Shown one piece after another: positions 10,053 to 19,226 of a stretch of DNA of 64,000 nt. This DNA is from Gammaproteobacteria bacterium (lineage in GTDB: Bacteria > Pseudomonadota > Gammaproteobacteria > Steroidobacterales > Foliamicaceae). The DNA is taken from contig OZ220471.1 of NCBI GenBank assembly GCA_965115835.1, positions 1,292,401-1,356,400 of the forward strand, in the 5' to 3' direction. Position 1 is the first letter of the stretch; the number at the start of each line of letters is the position of its first letter. Both the position numbers and the translations under genes were made by a program. The notes beneath the pieces are model-generated. The model saw only the letters and a list, made by a program, of their open reading frames with translations. It was not told the DNA's origin and made no database searches.

Positions 10053-10943
10053 CTATTGTTGCGCCCTGCGTGACTCGATCACCTTCCTGAAGTAGGTCCA
10101 GCTCGTTTCGTTGGGCCGGTCGTCGTCCAGGGGCGGCGCGTGCCGGTAAAGCGGGAAATGCGCCTCGATCGTGGCGCGCAAGCTCCCGGGCAGGTCCGCG
10201 TAGTCGCCCAGCTTCACGCCGCCCGCGTGAAAGTACATCTTGCCGCTGCGCGAACCCATTTCCATCCATGGCAGCCATTGCGCCAGCCGCACCCAGCCCA
10301 CGAAGGCGCCGGCCGAATCGCTTTCCGCATCCAGCAGGTCGCTGAGCCTGCCCTTGAAATTGAACATCTCGGTGGCGTGATAAGTCCCGCCCACGTATTT
10401 CTGGAATTTGCCGGCCAGCGGATTGGGGTAGAACAACGGCGCCGTTACCGACCACCACCAGTCATCGCCCTGAGTGGTCAGCGGCAGCTGATAGTCCGCG
10501 CCATCGGGCCAGCGCGGAAAAACAGCCGGCTGGTTGACGGGGTCGTTCTGCACATGGATCACCTCGACCGTGGCGCCGGTATAGGGGTTCTCCCAGCGAT
10601 CCAGCATCTCGCCTGTCTCGGGATCCTGGTAGACGAGTATCTCGCGCGACAGGAGGCGAAAGCCCGCGCCGCGATCGGGGTCCCGGACCGTGGCGCACTG
10701 GCGTACGTTGACGCCTTCCACCCGAAACAACCTGATGTCGGGCTGGCCGGCCACATTGCCCCAGGCCGCGCCCTTCCACCAGTACACGGTTTCCTTGCCG
10801 TCGATCAGCGAGCACTGGATCTTGCGGTAGGCCGCCAGGCGGCCCTCGGGCGTGTCCAGTCCGGCGACCGTGCCGGCATGCGCCATGCTCCCCAGAAAAA
10901 CGCCAGTCAGAAGCGGCGCGCACGTTCGAGTCAGCAATCTCAT
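10053..10943 (-). CDS. secreted DUF1838-like protein
   Basis: The 296-aa product has the signal peptide MRLLTRTCAPLLTGVFLGSMAHA and Trp-rich motifs (VYWWKGAAWG, DDWWWSV). The DUF1838 assignment is from recall. It ends 12 nt upstream of the longest form of the zincin-LRR ORF. Confidence 0.45.
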   Translation of the reverse strand: MRLLTRTCAPLLTGVFLGSMAHAGTVAGLDTPEGRLAAYRKIQCSLIDGKETVYWWKGAAWGNVAGQPDIRLFRVEGVNVRQCATVRDPDRGAGFRLLSREILVYQDPETGEMLDRWENPYTGATVEVIHVQNDPVNQPAVFPRWPDGADYQLPLTTQGDDWWWSVTAPLFYPNPLAGKFQKYVGGTYHATEMFNFKGRLSDLLDAESDSAGAFVGWVRLAQWLPWMEMGSRSGKMYFHAGGVKLGDYADLPGSLRATIEAHFPLYRHAPPLDDDRPNETSWTYFRKVIESRRAQQ

Positions 10944-11024
10944 CGAATCCTCCCGTACAGAACGAAAATCCCTGCGGCCTTCGGCTCTGGCCCGGCAGCA
11001 ACAGGGACTGTATAGAATAACCGC

Positions 11025-11828
11025 ATGAACGACACCCTGACCGGGATTCTCCTGGGCAATCTGGCGCTGATTCTGGGGATCATGGTGGCATTGTGGCTGC
11101 TGAGCCTGCGCCTTCGCGACACCAGCATCGTGGACCTGTTCTGGGGCCTGGGGTTCGCGGTCGTCGCCGTGGCCACGCTGTGGCGAACCGGAGACGCATC
11201 ACCGCGCGCTTTCCTGCTGGCGCTGCTGACCACCCTGTGGGCGCTGCGCTACAGCTGGCACCTGTGGCGGCGCAACCTGGGCCGGGGGGAGGACTACCGC
11301 TACGCCGCCATGCGCAAGAGCGCCGAAGAGGCCGGCAGGTCATGGAATCTGCGAAGTCTCTACGTGGTCTTCCTGCTCCAGGGCTTCATCCTGTGGCTGG
11401 TATCGCTCCCGGTGCAGCTGGGACAGGTCGGCCCGCAACCCGTCACGCTCGGCTGGCCGGTGATGGCAGGTCTGGCGCTGTGGCTCACGGGAGTGCTCTT
11501 CGAGGCCGTGGGCGACTGGCAGCTGAAGCGTTTCCGCGCCAACCCGGACAATCGCGGCAAGGTCCTGGACAGCGGGCTGTGGCGCTACACCCGCCATCCC
11601 AATTACTTCGGCAACGCCTGCTTGTGGTGGGGAATCTGGCTGTGCGCGGCGGAAGTGGACGCGGCGGCCTGGACGTTCTTCAGCCCCGCGCTGATGACCT
11701 GGGCCCTGCTGAAGTTCTCCGGTGTGCCGATTCTCGAAAAACATCTCACGGCAACACGCCCGGGCTATGAGGACTACATGCGGCGCACCAGCATGTTCCT
11801 GCCCCTGCCGCCGAAGAAAGGAACCTGA
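11025..11828 (+). CDS. DUF1295 / steroid 5-alpha-reductase-like membrane protein
   Basis: The protein is polytopic and carries GLWRYTRHPNYFGNACLWWG, which is typical of DUF1295. Confidence 0.7.
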   Translation: MNDTLTGILLGNLALILGIMVALWLLSLRLRDTSIVDLFWGLGFAVVAVATLWRTGDASPRAFLLALLTTLWALRYSWHLWRRNLGRGEDYRYAAMRKSAEEAGRSWNLRSLYVVFLLQGFILWLVSLPVQLGQVGPQPVTLGWPVMAGLALWLTGVLFEAVGDWQLKRFRANPDNRGKVLDSGLWRYTRHPNYFGNACLWWGIWLCAAEVDAAAWTFFSPALMTWALLKFSGVPILEKHLTATRPGYEDYMRRTSMFLPLPPKKGT

Positions 11829-11830
11829 CC

Positions 11831-12844
11831 GTGCCCGGCAAGCGTGTGCGGCGCGAAGGGCAGGGCTTCAGTCTCTCGTTTCTCGATGTGGTTTGCTGCG
11901 GCTTCGGCGCAGTCATCCTGCTGCTCGTCATTACCAAGATCCACGAGCCGGTCATCATTGAGCGCAGCCGCGAGGAGCTGGAAGGGTTGATCCTGCTGCT
12001 GGAGCGGGAACTGTTCGAAATACGCGGAGAAACTTCGGTCCTGAAGCGCGATCTCGAACCCCTTCAGGCGGACACCGAGGAGCGTGTGCGGCGCTTGACC
12101 CGCACCCGAAAGGAGGTCGAGAGCACCGAAGAACGATATTTCGCGGCCCGCGATTCGGCCCGACAGGGCAGCGACGAAGCCGGCAAACTGCTGGCGGCGC
12201 GCCAGACGCTGACCGAGGAGATGGAACGCCTGCTGGCCGACTACCGCCCGCCCGCCAACGAGACCACGGTGGGCGGAATCCCGGTGGACAGCGAGTACAT
12301 CATTTTCGTGATCGACACCTCGGGCAGCATGGTGGCCAACGCCTGGTCCGCCGTGCAGCGTCTGGTGACCGAAACGCTCCGGGTGTATCCGAGGGTCAAG
12401 GGCATACAGGTGCTCAATGACGAGGGGCAGTACCTGTTTTCTTCGTTTGCGGGCCGCTGGATCCCCGATTCGGCCTCACGCCGGCAATCCATCGTGCGGG
12501 CCATTGCCAACTGGCAGGCGTACTCGGATTCGAACCCCGCCGAGGGCATCGCCACCGCTATCAGCACCTTCTACGAAGACACCAGAAAGGTGAGCATTTA
12601 CGTGTTCGGGGACGACTTTTCACCGCAGTCGGGAACGAGTTCGGCGGAGGCCCTGGTGCGCTATGTCGAACGCATCAACCAGGCCGACCGCTTCGGCAAC
12701 CGACTGGTTCGGATTCACGCGGTGGGCTTCCCGGTGCATCTGCGTAGCGGCGACTTCCAGGGGTTCAGTCGCTTCGCCAACCTGATGCGCGTGCTGTGCG
12801 AGCGCAACGGCGGCACTTTCGTGGCCATGCCAACACTCAACTAG
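11831..12844 (+). CDS. membrane-anchored coiled-coil von Willebrand factor A (VWA) domain protein
   Basis: The GTG start lies 3 nt after the DUF1295 stop. One N-terminal TM segment is present (FLDVVCCGFGAVILLLVI), followed by a charged coiled-coil stretch and a MIDAS-type motif (IIFVIDTSGSM). Confidence 0.7.
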   Translation: MPGKRVRREGQGFSLSFLDVVCCGFGAVILLLVITKIHEPVIIERSREELEGLILLLERELFEIRGETSVLKRDLEPLQADTEERVRRLTRTRKEVESTEERYFAARDSARQGSDEAGKLLAARQTLTEEMERLLADYRPPANETTVGGIPVDSEYIIFVIDTSGSMVANAWSAVQRLVTETLRVYPRVKGIQVLNDEGQYLFSSFAGRWIPDSASRRQSIVRAIANWQAYSDSNPAEGIATAISTFYEDTRKVSIYVFGDDFSPQSGTSSAEALVRYVERINQADRFGNRLVRIHAVGFPVHLRSGDFQGFSRFANLMRVLCERNGGTFVAMPTLN

Positions 12845-13081
12845 GAGCTTGCCCCGCAGGATGATTCGGCATTCAGCCAGTGGGATAGAGCGGCCGGATT
12901 TCGCCAGTATATGGCTTCCTTGGTCCCGATTATCGCCACCAAATCGAGGTATTTGCATAGTGCTGTCCCAAGAGAATTTTCTGCGGCGCAAGCTCCTGGC
13001 GATCCTGGGAGCAGGGCCGCGCATGGCTGCGAATGGGACCGGCGGGAAAGCAATGCCTCCGGCGCCACCGGACGGCACGCC

Positions 13082-13801
13082 GTGAGCCCTTCCGGAACCC
13101 GCCCCAACGCCGACGCATCGGAGCTGGAGCGCTTCGCCGCGATGGCGGCGCAGTGGTGGGATCCGCAGGGGCCGAACCGGGCGCTGATCGCCATGAACCC
13201 GGTGCGGGTGGGATATATCGCCGAACGTGTTGGCGGGCTGTCCGGCAAGAGCTGCGTGGATGTGGGATGCGGCGGCGGACTTCTGACCGAAGCGCTGGCC
13301 CGCGAAGGGGCAGAACCGGTGCTCGGCCTGGATGCTTGCGAGGAAATGCTGGAAGTCGCCCGGCTGCACGCCTCGGCCAGCCGTTTCTCCCGACTCGAAT
13401 ACCGGCGCGGCACAGCCGAGGAACTGCGCGATCAATTCGATGTGGTCTGCTGCCTGGAGGTGCTGGAGCATGTTCCCCGCCCCGCCGAACTCATTGCCGC
13501 CTGCGGCCGGCTGACGCGGCCCGGCGGTCATCTGCTGGTTTCAACACTGAACCGCACGGCCGCCGCCTTCGCGCTCGGCATCGTGGCGGCCGAATTCCTG
13601 CTGGGGCTGCTGCCCCGCGGAACGCACCGTTACGAAAAATTCATCCGGCCTTCAGAACTGGAAGCCTGGGCGCGGGCCGCGGGCCTTGACGCAAGGGACT
13701 TCACAGGGCTTCGATACAATCCGCTGCACGGCAGTTTCCGGCGAAGCGCCGGCCTGGAGGTGAACTACATGGCCCATTTCACAAGGGCGGGCGGCGCGTG
13801 A
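13082..13801 (+). CDS. ubiG: bifunctional 3-demethylubiquinol / 2-polyprenyl-6-hydroxyphenol O-methyltransferase
   Basis: Motifs are ELERFAAMAAQWWDP, the SAM motif CVDVGCGGGLLTEALA and CLEVLEHVP. The in-frame GTG at 13082 gives a typical ~239-aa product. The longer ORF from 12911 is less likely. Confidence 0.85.
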   Translation: MSPSGTRPNADASELERFAAMAAQWWDPQGPNRALIAMNPVRVGYIAERVGGLSGKSCVDVGCGGGLLTEALAREGAEPVLGLDACEEMLEVARLHASASRFSRLEYRRGTAEELRDQFDVVCCLEVLEHVPRPAELIAACGRLTRPGGHLLVSTLNRTAAAFALGIVAAEFLLGLLPRGTHRYEKFIRPSELEAWARAAGLDARDFTGLRYNPLHGSFRRSAGLEVNYMAHFTRAGGA

Positions 13802-14517
13802 GCGCAGCCGCAAGACCGGTTCGCGCGGTGCTGTTCGATCTGGACGGCACGCTGGTGGACACGGCGGCGGACCTGGCAGGCTGCGTACAGGATGTGATGC
13901 GCAGGCGAGGACGGCGCGCGCCGGCGTTCGAGGCGCTGCGTGCTTACGTTTCCCAGGGCTTCCGGGGATTGCTGGCGGCAGGCTTCGGAACCGCATTCGT
14001 GGAGAGCGCCGATTATCCTGCCGTGCTCGACGAATGCCTGGATCTCTACTCGACGCGCCTGGCGGAGCACTCACGCCCGTTTCCCGGCATGCGGCGCGTG
14101 CTGGACGAGCTGGCGCGGCAACGCATCGGCTGGGGCGTGGTCACCAACAAGCCGGAACGCCTCGCCCGGTCGCTGCTGGATGCGCTGGGACTGGCGGAAC
14201 AGTGCGGAGTCACGGTGGGAGGCGGCGCCACCGCCCACAACAAGCCCCACCCCGAGCCCGTGCGGCACGCGGCAAGACATCTGGCGCTGGAGGCGGCCGA
14301 CTGCGTCATGCTGGGAGACGACCTGCGCGACATCCAGGCAGCGACCGCAGCGGGGGCAGTCGGGCTGGCAGCCGCCTGGGGCTATTTCCTTCCGGGGGAA
14401 AATCTTCATGCCTGGGGGGCAGCCGCGGTGCTGGAATCGCCCGGGGACCTGCTCGCCTGGATCGCCAGCCATGGCATTGCCGCGCCCCCCGGCGCCAGAA
14501 CCTCGCGCGCGGCATGA
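13798..14517 (+). CDS. HAD-IA phosphatase (phosphoglycolate phosphatase Gph/MupP-like)
   Basis: VLFDLDGTLVDT is HAD motif I. VVTNKP and GDDLRDIQAA are also present. A GTGA overlap couples it to ubiG. Confidence 0.8.
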   Translation: MSAAARPVRAVLFDLDGTLVDTAADLAGCVQDVMRRRGRRAPAFEALRAYVSQGFRGLLAAGFGTAFVESADYPAVLDECLDLYSTRLAEHSRPFPGMRRVLDELARQRIGWGVVTNKPERLARSLLDALGLAEQCGVTVGGGATAHNKPHPEPVRHAARHLALEAADCVMLGDDLRDIQAATAAGAVGLAAAWGYFLPGENLHAWGAAAVLESPGDLLAWIASHGIAAPPGARTSRAA

Positions 14518-15812
14518 CCCCGCTGGCCGCCCTACTCGCGCTGGCGGCGCTGGCCATCGGGGTTCTGCTGGGTGTGCTGTGGCAGCGCTCGCGCGCCCAG
14601 GCGGCGCTGCGTCACAAGGAAACCGAGCTGGCCGAAACCCAGGCCCGGCTGCGCGAACACAAGGCGGCGGACGAAGCCCGGGCGCAAAGCGTCAAGGACG
14701 CCAACGAGCAGTTTCAGGCGCAACTGAAAGCGCTGGCCAGCGAGGCCTTGAGCCGGAGCCAGAAGGATTTTCTCAATCTGGCAAACCAGACCTTCGAGAA
14801 TGCGCAAACGAAATCCAGCGCCGACCTGAAGCAACGCCAACAGGCCATCGAATCTCTGGTCAAGCCGATCCGCGAGGGCCTGGAGCAAACCCGCAAGAGC
14901 CTCGGCGAGATGGAAAACAAACGCGCCGAAGCCCAGGGAGAACTGCGCGAACAGATCAAGGTGATGACCAGCAGCAATGAGCAGTTGCGCCACACGACGC
15001 ACAGTCTGGTGACGGCCTTGAGGCGCCCCGAGGTTCGTGGCCAATGGGGCGAAATGCAGCTGCGGCGTCTGGTCGAGATTGCCGGGCTCCAGAAGCACTG
15101 CGACTTTGTCGAGCAGCAGCAAGGCCGGGAGGGAAGAACCCGCCCGGACATGATCGTGAACCTGCCCGAAGGCGGTCAGTTGGTGGTGGACGCCAAGACC
15201 CCGCTGGACGCCTTCCTGCGCGCGGTGGAGGAAACCGGGGAAGATGCGCGAGCGGAACTCCTGGACCGGCACGCGAGCAATGTGGAAGAGCAGGTTCGCC
15301 GTCTGGCCTCCAGGGAGTACTGGGGTCAGTTCGAGCGCAGTCCGGACTTCGTGGTGATGTTCCTGCCGGGCGACCACTTCCTGGCGGCGGCTGGCGACAA
15401 GCGCCCCGATTTGATGGAGAAGGCGCTGCGAGAGCGCGTCATCCTGGCGACGCCAACCTCGATGATGGCGCTTCTGCGCGTGACCGCTTACGGCTGGCGG
15501 CAGTTGGCGCTGACGGAAAACGCCCGGGAGATATCCGAAATCGCCGCCACCCTGCACGAGCGCGTCGCCACTTTCAGCGCGCACTTCGAGCGCCTGGGCG
15601 CGCAACTCAACAAGGCAATCAGTACCTACAACCGCGCGACCGGATCGTTCCGCAGCCGCCTGATCCCGGCGCTGGAGAGAATGGAAAGCGCCGGGGTGCA
15701 GCAGACCAGGGAGATCAAGGCGGCCGAGGAAATCACGACCGTCGCCGCACCGGTTCTGCCTCACGACGCCGCCGGAGAGGCCGCGCCTCGGGATTCCGGC
15801 GAAGCGCGGTAA
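14514..15812 (+). CDS. rmuC: DNA recombination protein RmuC
   Basis: The start at MTPLAALLALAALAIGVLLG forms an ATGA overlap with the HAD gene. A long coiled coil precedes the RmuC nuclease-like C-terminus (PDMIVNLPEGGQLVVDAKTPL, FVVMFLPGD). Confidence 0.85.
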   Translation: MTPLAALLALAALAIGVLLGVLWQRSRAQAALRHKETELAETQARLREHKAADEARAQSVKDANEQFQAQLKALASEALSRSQKDFLNLANQTFENAQTKSSADLKQRQQAIESLVKPIREGLEQTRKSLGEMENKRAEAQGELREQIKVMTSSNEQLRHTTHSLVTALRRPEVRGQWGEMQLRRLVEIAGLQKHCDFVEQQQGREGRTRPDMIVNLPEGGQLVVDAKTPLDAFLRAVEETGEDARAELLDRHASNVEEQVRRLASREYWGQFERSPDFVVMFLPGDHFLAAAGDKRPDLMEKALRERVILATPTSMMALLRVTAYGWRQLALTENAREISEIAATLHERVATFSAHFERLGAQLNKAISTYNRATGSFRSRLIPALERMESAGVQQTREIKAAEEITTVAAPVLPHDAAGEAAPRDSGEAR

Positions 15813-15822
15813 TCCGGCGGCG

Positions 15823-16536
15823 CTACAAGCCGGGAAGACTGCGCGGATCGAGCTCCCGCCAGCGCCCGCGAGACAGGTCCCGGGGTAGGCGCACCGGCCC
15901 GTAGCGAATGCGGATCAGCCGGCTGACGGAATGGCCCTGAGCCTTCCATAGCCGGCGAACGATGCGGTGGCGGCCCTGTCCGAGCGTGACCCGGAACCAG
16001 CAGTTGGCGCCGCCCCCCTGCTGCCGCAAAAGGGAGTCGAAGCGAGCCGGACCGTCGTCGAGTTCCACGCCGGCCAGAAGCTGCTGCAACGTCCTCTCGC
16101 CCGGCTGTCCCAGGACCCTCACCAGGTACTCCCGCTCCAGGCCGAAGGACGGATGCATCAGGCGGTGCGCCAGCCCGCCGTCGGTCGTCAACAGCAACAG
16201 CCCGCTGGAGTTGAGGTCCAGACGACCCACCGCAACCCAGCGCCGTCCCCTCAGGCGTGGCAGCGAGGCAAACACGGTGGGACGTCCGGCGCGGCGGTCA
16301 CGCGTGACCAGCTCGCCCTCGGGCTTGTTGTAGGCAATGACACGCCGGGGGCCGTCAAGGGCGCGGGGAAACGCCAGCGGGCGGCCATCCAGTTGAAACC
16401 GCTCTCCGCCCGCCACGCGCTGGCCCGGAACCGCCGGTTGGCCGTTGACGGTCAGGCGGCCCGTGGCGATCCAGCCCTCCACCTTGCGCCGGGAAGCCAC
16501 CCCGGCTTCGGCGAGGTACTTCTGGACGCGAATCAA
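15823..16536 (-). CDS. rluB: 23S rRNA pseudouridine synthase (RluB/RsuA family)
   Basis: An S4 domain (MIRVQKYLAEAGVASRRKVE) is followed by the catalytic motif VGRLDLNSSGLLLLTTDG. Confidence 0.85.
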   Translation of the reverse strand: MIRVQKYLAEAGVASRRKVEGWIATGRLTVNGQPAVPGQRVAGGERFQLDGRPLAFPRALDGPRRVIAYNKPEGELVTRDRRAGRPTVFASLPRLRGRRWVAVGRLDLNSSGLLLLTTDGGLAHRLMHPSFGLEREYLVRVLGQPGERTLQQLLAGVELDDGPARFDSLLRQQGGGANCWFRVTLGQGRHRIVRRLWKAQGHSVSRLIRIRYGPVRLPRDLSRGRWRELDPRSLPGL

Positions 16537-17201
16537 TCGGGAGTGGGGTTGGATCCGCCCGGCTCCGGCGCGTCGTCGAAGAGGCCGCTGCCCTGCTCCG
16601 GAGGAGTCCCGGCTGCGAGGCCATCGCCGTCGGTCCGCGCTTCGTCAGTCCGCGCTCCGGCGACGGGCGCGTCATCAGGCGATGCGAACTCTCCGGAAGA
16701 CGGCAAGTCGTCAAGCCTCCTCAGACCGAAATAGTCCATGAAATCCCGGGTTGTGCCGTACAGCGCCGGCCGACCCGGGGTTTCCCGGTGACCCACCACC
16801 TCGATCCAGTTGCGCTCCATGAGCGTGCGCACGATGTGGCCGCTCAAGCGCACGCCTCGCAACTCCTCGATTTCGGCCCGCGTGATGGGCTGCCGGTAGG
16901 CGATCGCGGCGAGGCTTTCCAGCAGCGCGCGTGAAAACTTCGGCGGACGGAACTTCTCCAGGCGCGCAAGACGTTCGGCAATGGCGCTGCCGGCTTGAAC
17001 GCGCCAGCCGCCGGCCACTTCCGCCAGATGGATTTCCCGCCCCGCGTAGTCGCGCTCCAGCTCGCCGAGGGCGTGGCGCACATCGCTCTCCCCGACTTCC
17101 TCCAGAGGATCGAACAACGCCAGCAACTGGGACATGCTCAAGGGGCGGCCCGCGCCCAGCAGCGCCGCTTCCACCAGGTTGCGGGTATCCGCAACGGTCA
17201 C
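16533..17201 (-). CDS. scpB: segregation and condensation protein B
   Basis: Motifs are VEAALLGAGRPLSMSQL and AYRQPITRAEIEELRGV, with an acidic tail. It overlaps both neighbours by 4 nt. Confidence 0.85.
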   Translation of the reverse strand: MTVADTRNLVEAALLGAGRPLSMSQLLALFDPLEEVGESDVRHALGELERDYAGREIHLAEVAGGWRVQAGSAIAERLARLEKFRPPKFSRALLESLAAIAYRQPITRAEIEELRGVRLSGHIVRTLMERNWIEVVGHRETPGRPALYGTTRDFMDYFGLRRLDDLPSSGEFASPDDAPVAGARTDEARTDGDGLAAGTPPEQGSGLFDDAPEPGGSNPTPD

Positions 17202-18028
17202 TTTCCGGCGCCTTCCTGCTGTCTGGCGGCAGTAACGTATATGGGCGCAAAGGGACCGCTCTGGACCGCCTGCACGCCGTTGTCGCGCACCAGTTCCAGC
17301 AATGCCGAGAAGGTGACGGCGGCGCCCATGCGTCCCTCGCCGGGCGCAAACAATTCCGTAAACTCGGCGAACTCCCGGCCGGAAACCTGCTTGAGAATGT
17401 CCGACATCCGCTCACGCATCGACAGCTGCTCGGTCTGCACCGCCCAGCCCCCCCGGAATCGAACGCGCTCGACGATCCGGGCATAGGCCAGCGCCAGTTC
17501 ATTCAGCGTGGCCTGCGGCAATTCCCGCGGCTGCCGCTTTTCAGGCGCATCCGCAGTGGCGTGAAACGCATCGCGCTCCAGGCGAGGCAGTTCATCCAGC
17601 CCAACCGCCAACTGCTTGAGGCGTTCGTACTCCAGCAGCCTCCGGAACAACTGCGCGCGCGGGTCGATCTCGTCCTCTTCCTCGAGCGGCAGTTGCGGAA
17701 CCAGCATCCGGGACTTGATCTCGGCCAGGGTGGCGGCCATGACAAGGTACTCCCCGGCCAGCTCCAGCTGCATCTCGCGCATCAACTCGATGTATTGCGC
17801 ATACTGCTCGCAGATGTCGGTGACCGGCACCTCCATGATGTCCACATCATGGCGGCGAATCAGGTAGAGCAACAGGTCCAGCGGTCCTTCGAACGACTGC
17901 AGGAACACCCTCAAGGCCTCCGGCGGGATGAACAGATCCGCCGGAGGCTCCACGCGGGATTTGCCGGACACGATCGCCAGCCCCGGCTCGCGGCCGGGAT
18001 CCTGAAACTGTTCCTGTTGCTCCGCCAT
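17198..18028 (-). CDS. scpA: segregation and condensation protein A
   Basis: FEGPLDLLLYLIRRHDVDIMEVPVTDI and LAGEYLVMAATLAEIKSRMLVP are kleisin ScpA signatures. Confidence 0.9.
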   Translation of the reverse strand: MAEQQEQFQDPGREPGLAIVSGKSRVEPPADLFIPPEALRVFLQSFEGPLDLLLYLIRRHDVDIMEVPVTDICEQYAQYIELMREMQLELAGEYLVMAATLAEIKSRMLVPQLPLEEEDEIDPRAQLFRRLLEYERLKQLAVGLDELPRLERDAFHATADAPEKRQPRELPQATLNELALAYARIVERVRFRGGWAVQTEQLSMRERMSDILKQVSGREFAEFTELFAPGEGRMGAAVTFSALLELVRDNGVQAVQSGPFAPIYVTAARQQEGAGK

Positions 18029-18034
18029 GGCGAC

Positions 18035-19087
18035 TCAGTCGGACTCCACCACGATTTCGGGAAAGACGGTGCGGGCGGTGCGCGTGTGGCCGGCCAGACG
18101 CGCGGCCACGGCCCGCGAGAGCGCCCGATAGTCGCCGCCAGAGTCCGGTTCTCCGGGAGCCACCAGCCGCCCGTCGTCGGTAGCCGCCCGCACGTCCGCC
18201 GACAGCGGCAGCTGCGCGAGCAGGGGCACATCGAATTCCCCGGCCAGACGCTCGCCGCCGCCTTCGCCGAACAGCGTCCCGGTGTGGCCGCAGCGAGGAC
18301 ACACATGAACGCTCATGTTCTCGATCACCCCGAGCACCGGCACGTTGACCTTGCCGAACATGGCCAGCCCCTTGCGCGCGTCCGCCACGGCCAGCTCCTG
18401 CGGCGTGGTCACCACTACCGCTGCCGCCAGCGGCACGCGCTGGGACAGCGTCAGTTGAATGTCCCCGGTTCCCGGAGGCATGTCCACGATCAGGTAATCG
18501 AGGTCCTTCCAGCGCGTCTGTCCCAACAACTGCATGAGCGCCTGCGTCACCATGGGGCCGCGCCACACCACCGGGCTGCGCGTATCGACCAGAAAACCGA
18601 TGGAACTCGCCTGCAACCCGTGCGCACAAAGCGGTTCGAAGCTCTTGCCGTCGGCGCTGCGCGGACGTTCGCCTTCCAGCCCCAGCATGCGCGGCACACT
18701 GGGGCCGTATATGTCGGCATCCAGAATTCCCGTTCGCGCTCCGTCCAGCGCCAGCCCGACAGCAAGGTTGGCCGCCACCGTCGACTTGCCGACGCCGCCC
18801 TTGGCCGAAGCCACCGCGATGATGTTCTTGACCTGCTCCAGCCTCCGCAGTTGCGGCGGCACCGTGTGCGCGCCGATCTCGGTGCGGATGACGATGTCTT
18901 CCAGCCCGGAGACCTCGAGCACCGCAGCAGCCAGTTGCGCCTTGAATCCCTCGCAAGGGAATCCCACGGCCAACTCGGCGCTTCCGCCGCCGGCCGGCAC
19001 GCGCACGCGAACGCCCGCCTCGCCCAGGCTCAGACCTCCGAAAGGGGCTTCCGCGGCCAGAATGGCCTGTTTCAGGTTTGCCGGCAT
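18035..19087 (-). CDS. apbC: Fe-S cluster carrier ATPase ApbC/Mrp
   Basis: I chose the internal ATG (MPANLKQAI) at 19087. Motifs are IIAVASAKGGVGKST (deviant Walker A), DADIYGPS and the CPRCGH cluster-binding motif. Confidence 0.9.
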   Translation of the reverse strand: MPANLKQAILAAEAPFGGLSLGEAGVRVRVPAGGGSAELAVGFPCEGFKAQLAAAVLEVSGLEDIVIRTEIGAHTVPPQLRRLEQVKNIIAVASAKGGVGKSTVAANLAVGLALDGARTGILDADIYGPSVPRMLGLEGERPRSADGKSFEPLCAHGLQASSIGFLVDTRSPVVWRGPMVTQALMQLLGQTRWKDLDYLIVDMPPGTGDIQLTLSQRVPLAAAVVVTTPQELAVADARKGLAMFGKVNVPVLGVIENMSVHVCPRCGHTGTLFGEGGGERLAGEFDVPLLAQLPLSADVRAATDDGRLVAPGEPDSGGDYRALSRAVAARLAGHTRTARTVFPEIVVESD

Positions 19088-19226
19088 GGAATCCACCAAA
19101 AGACCAGAGGGCGATTTTATGCGCCGGCACGCTTGCGCGCGCGCCGAATCGCAGTCGCTCCCGTCCGAAATTGCGCAATCCGGCAAGACATCCGGGCTAC
19201 ACTGCAACCCCCTTCGGGGAAAATTC

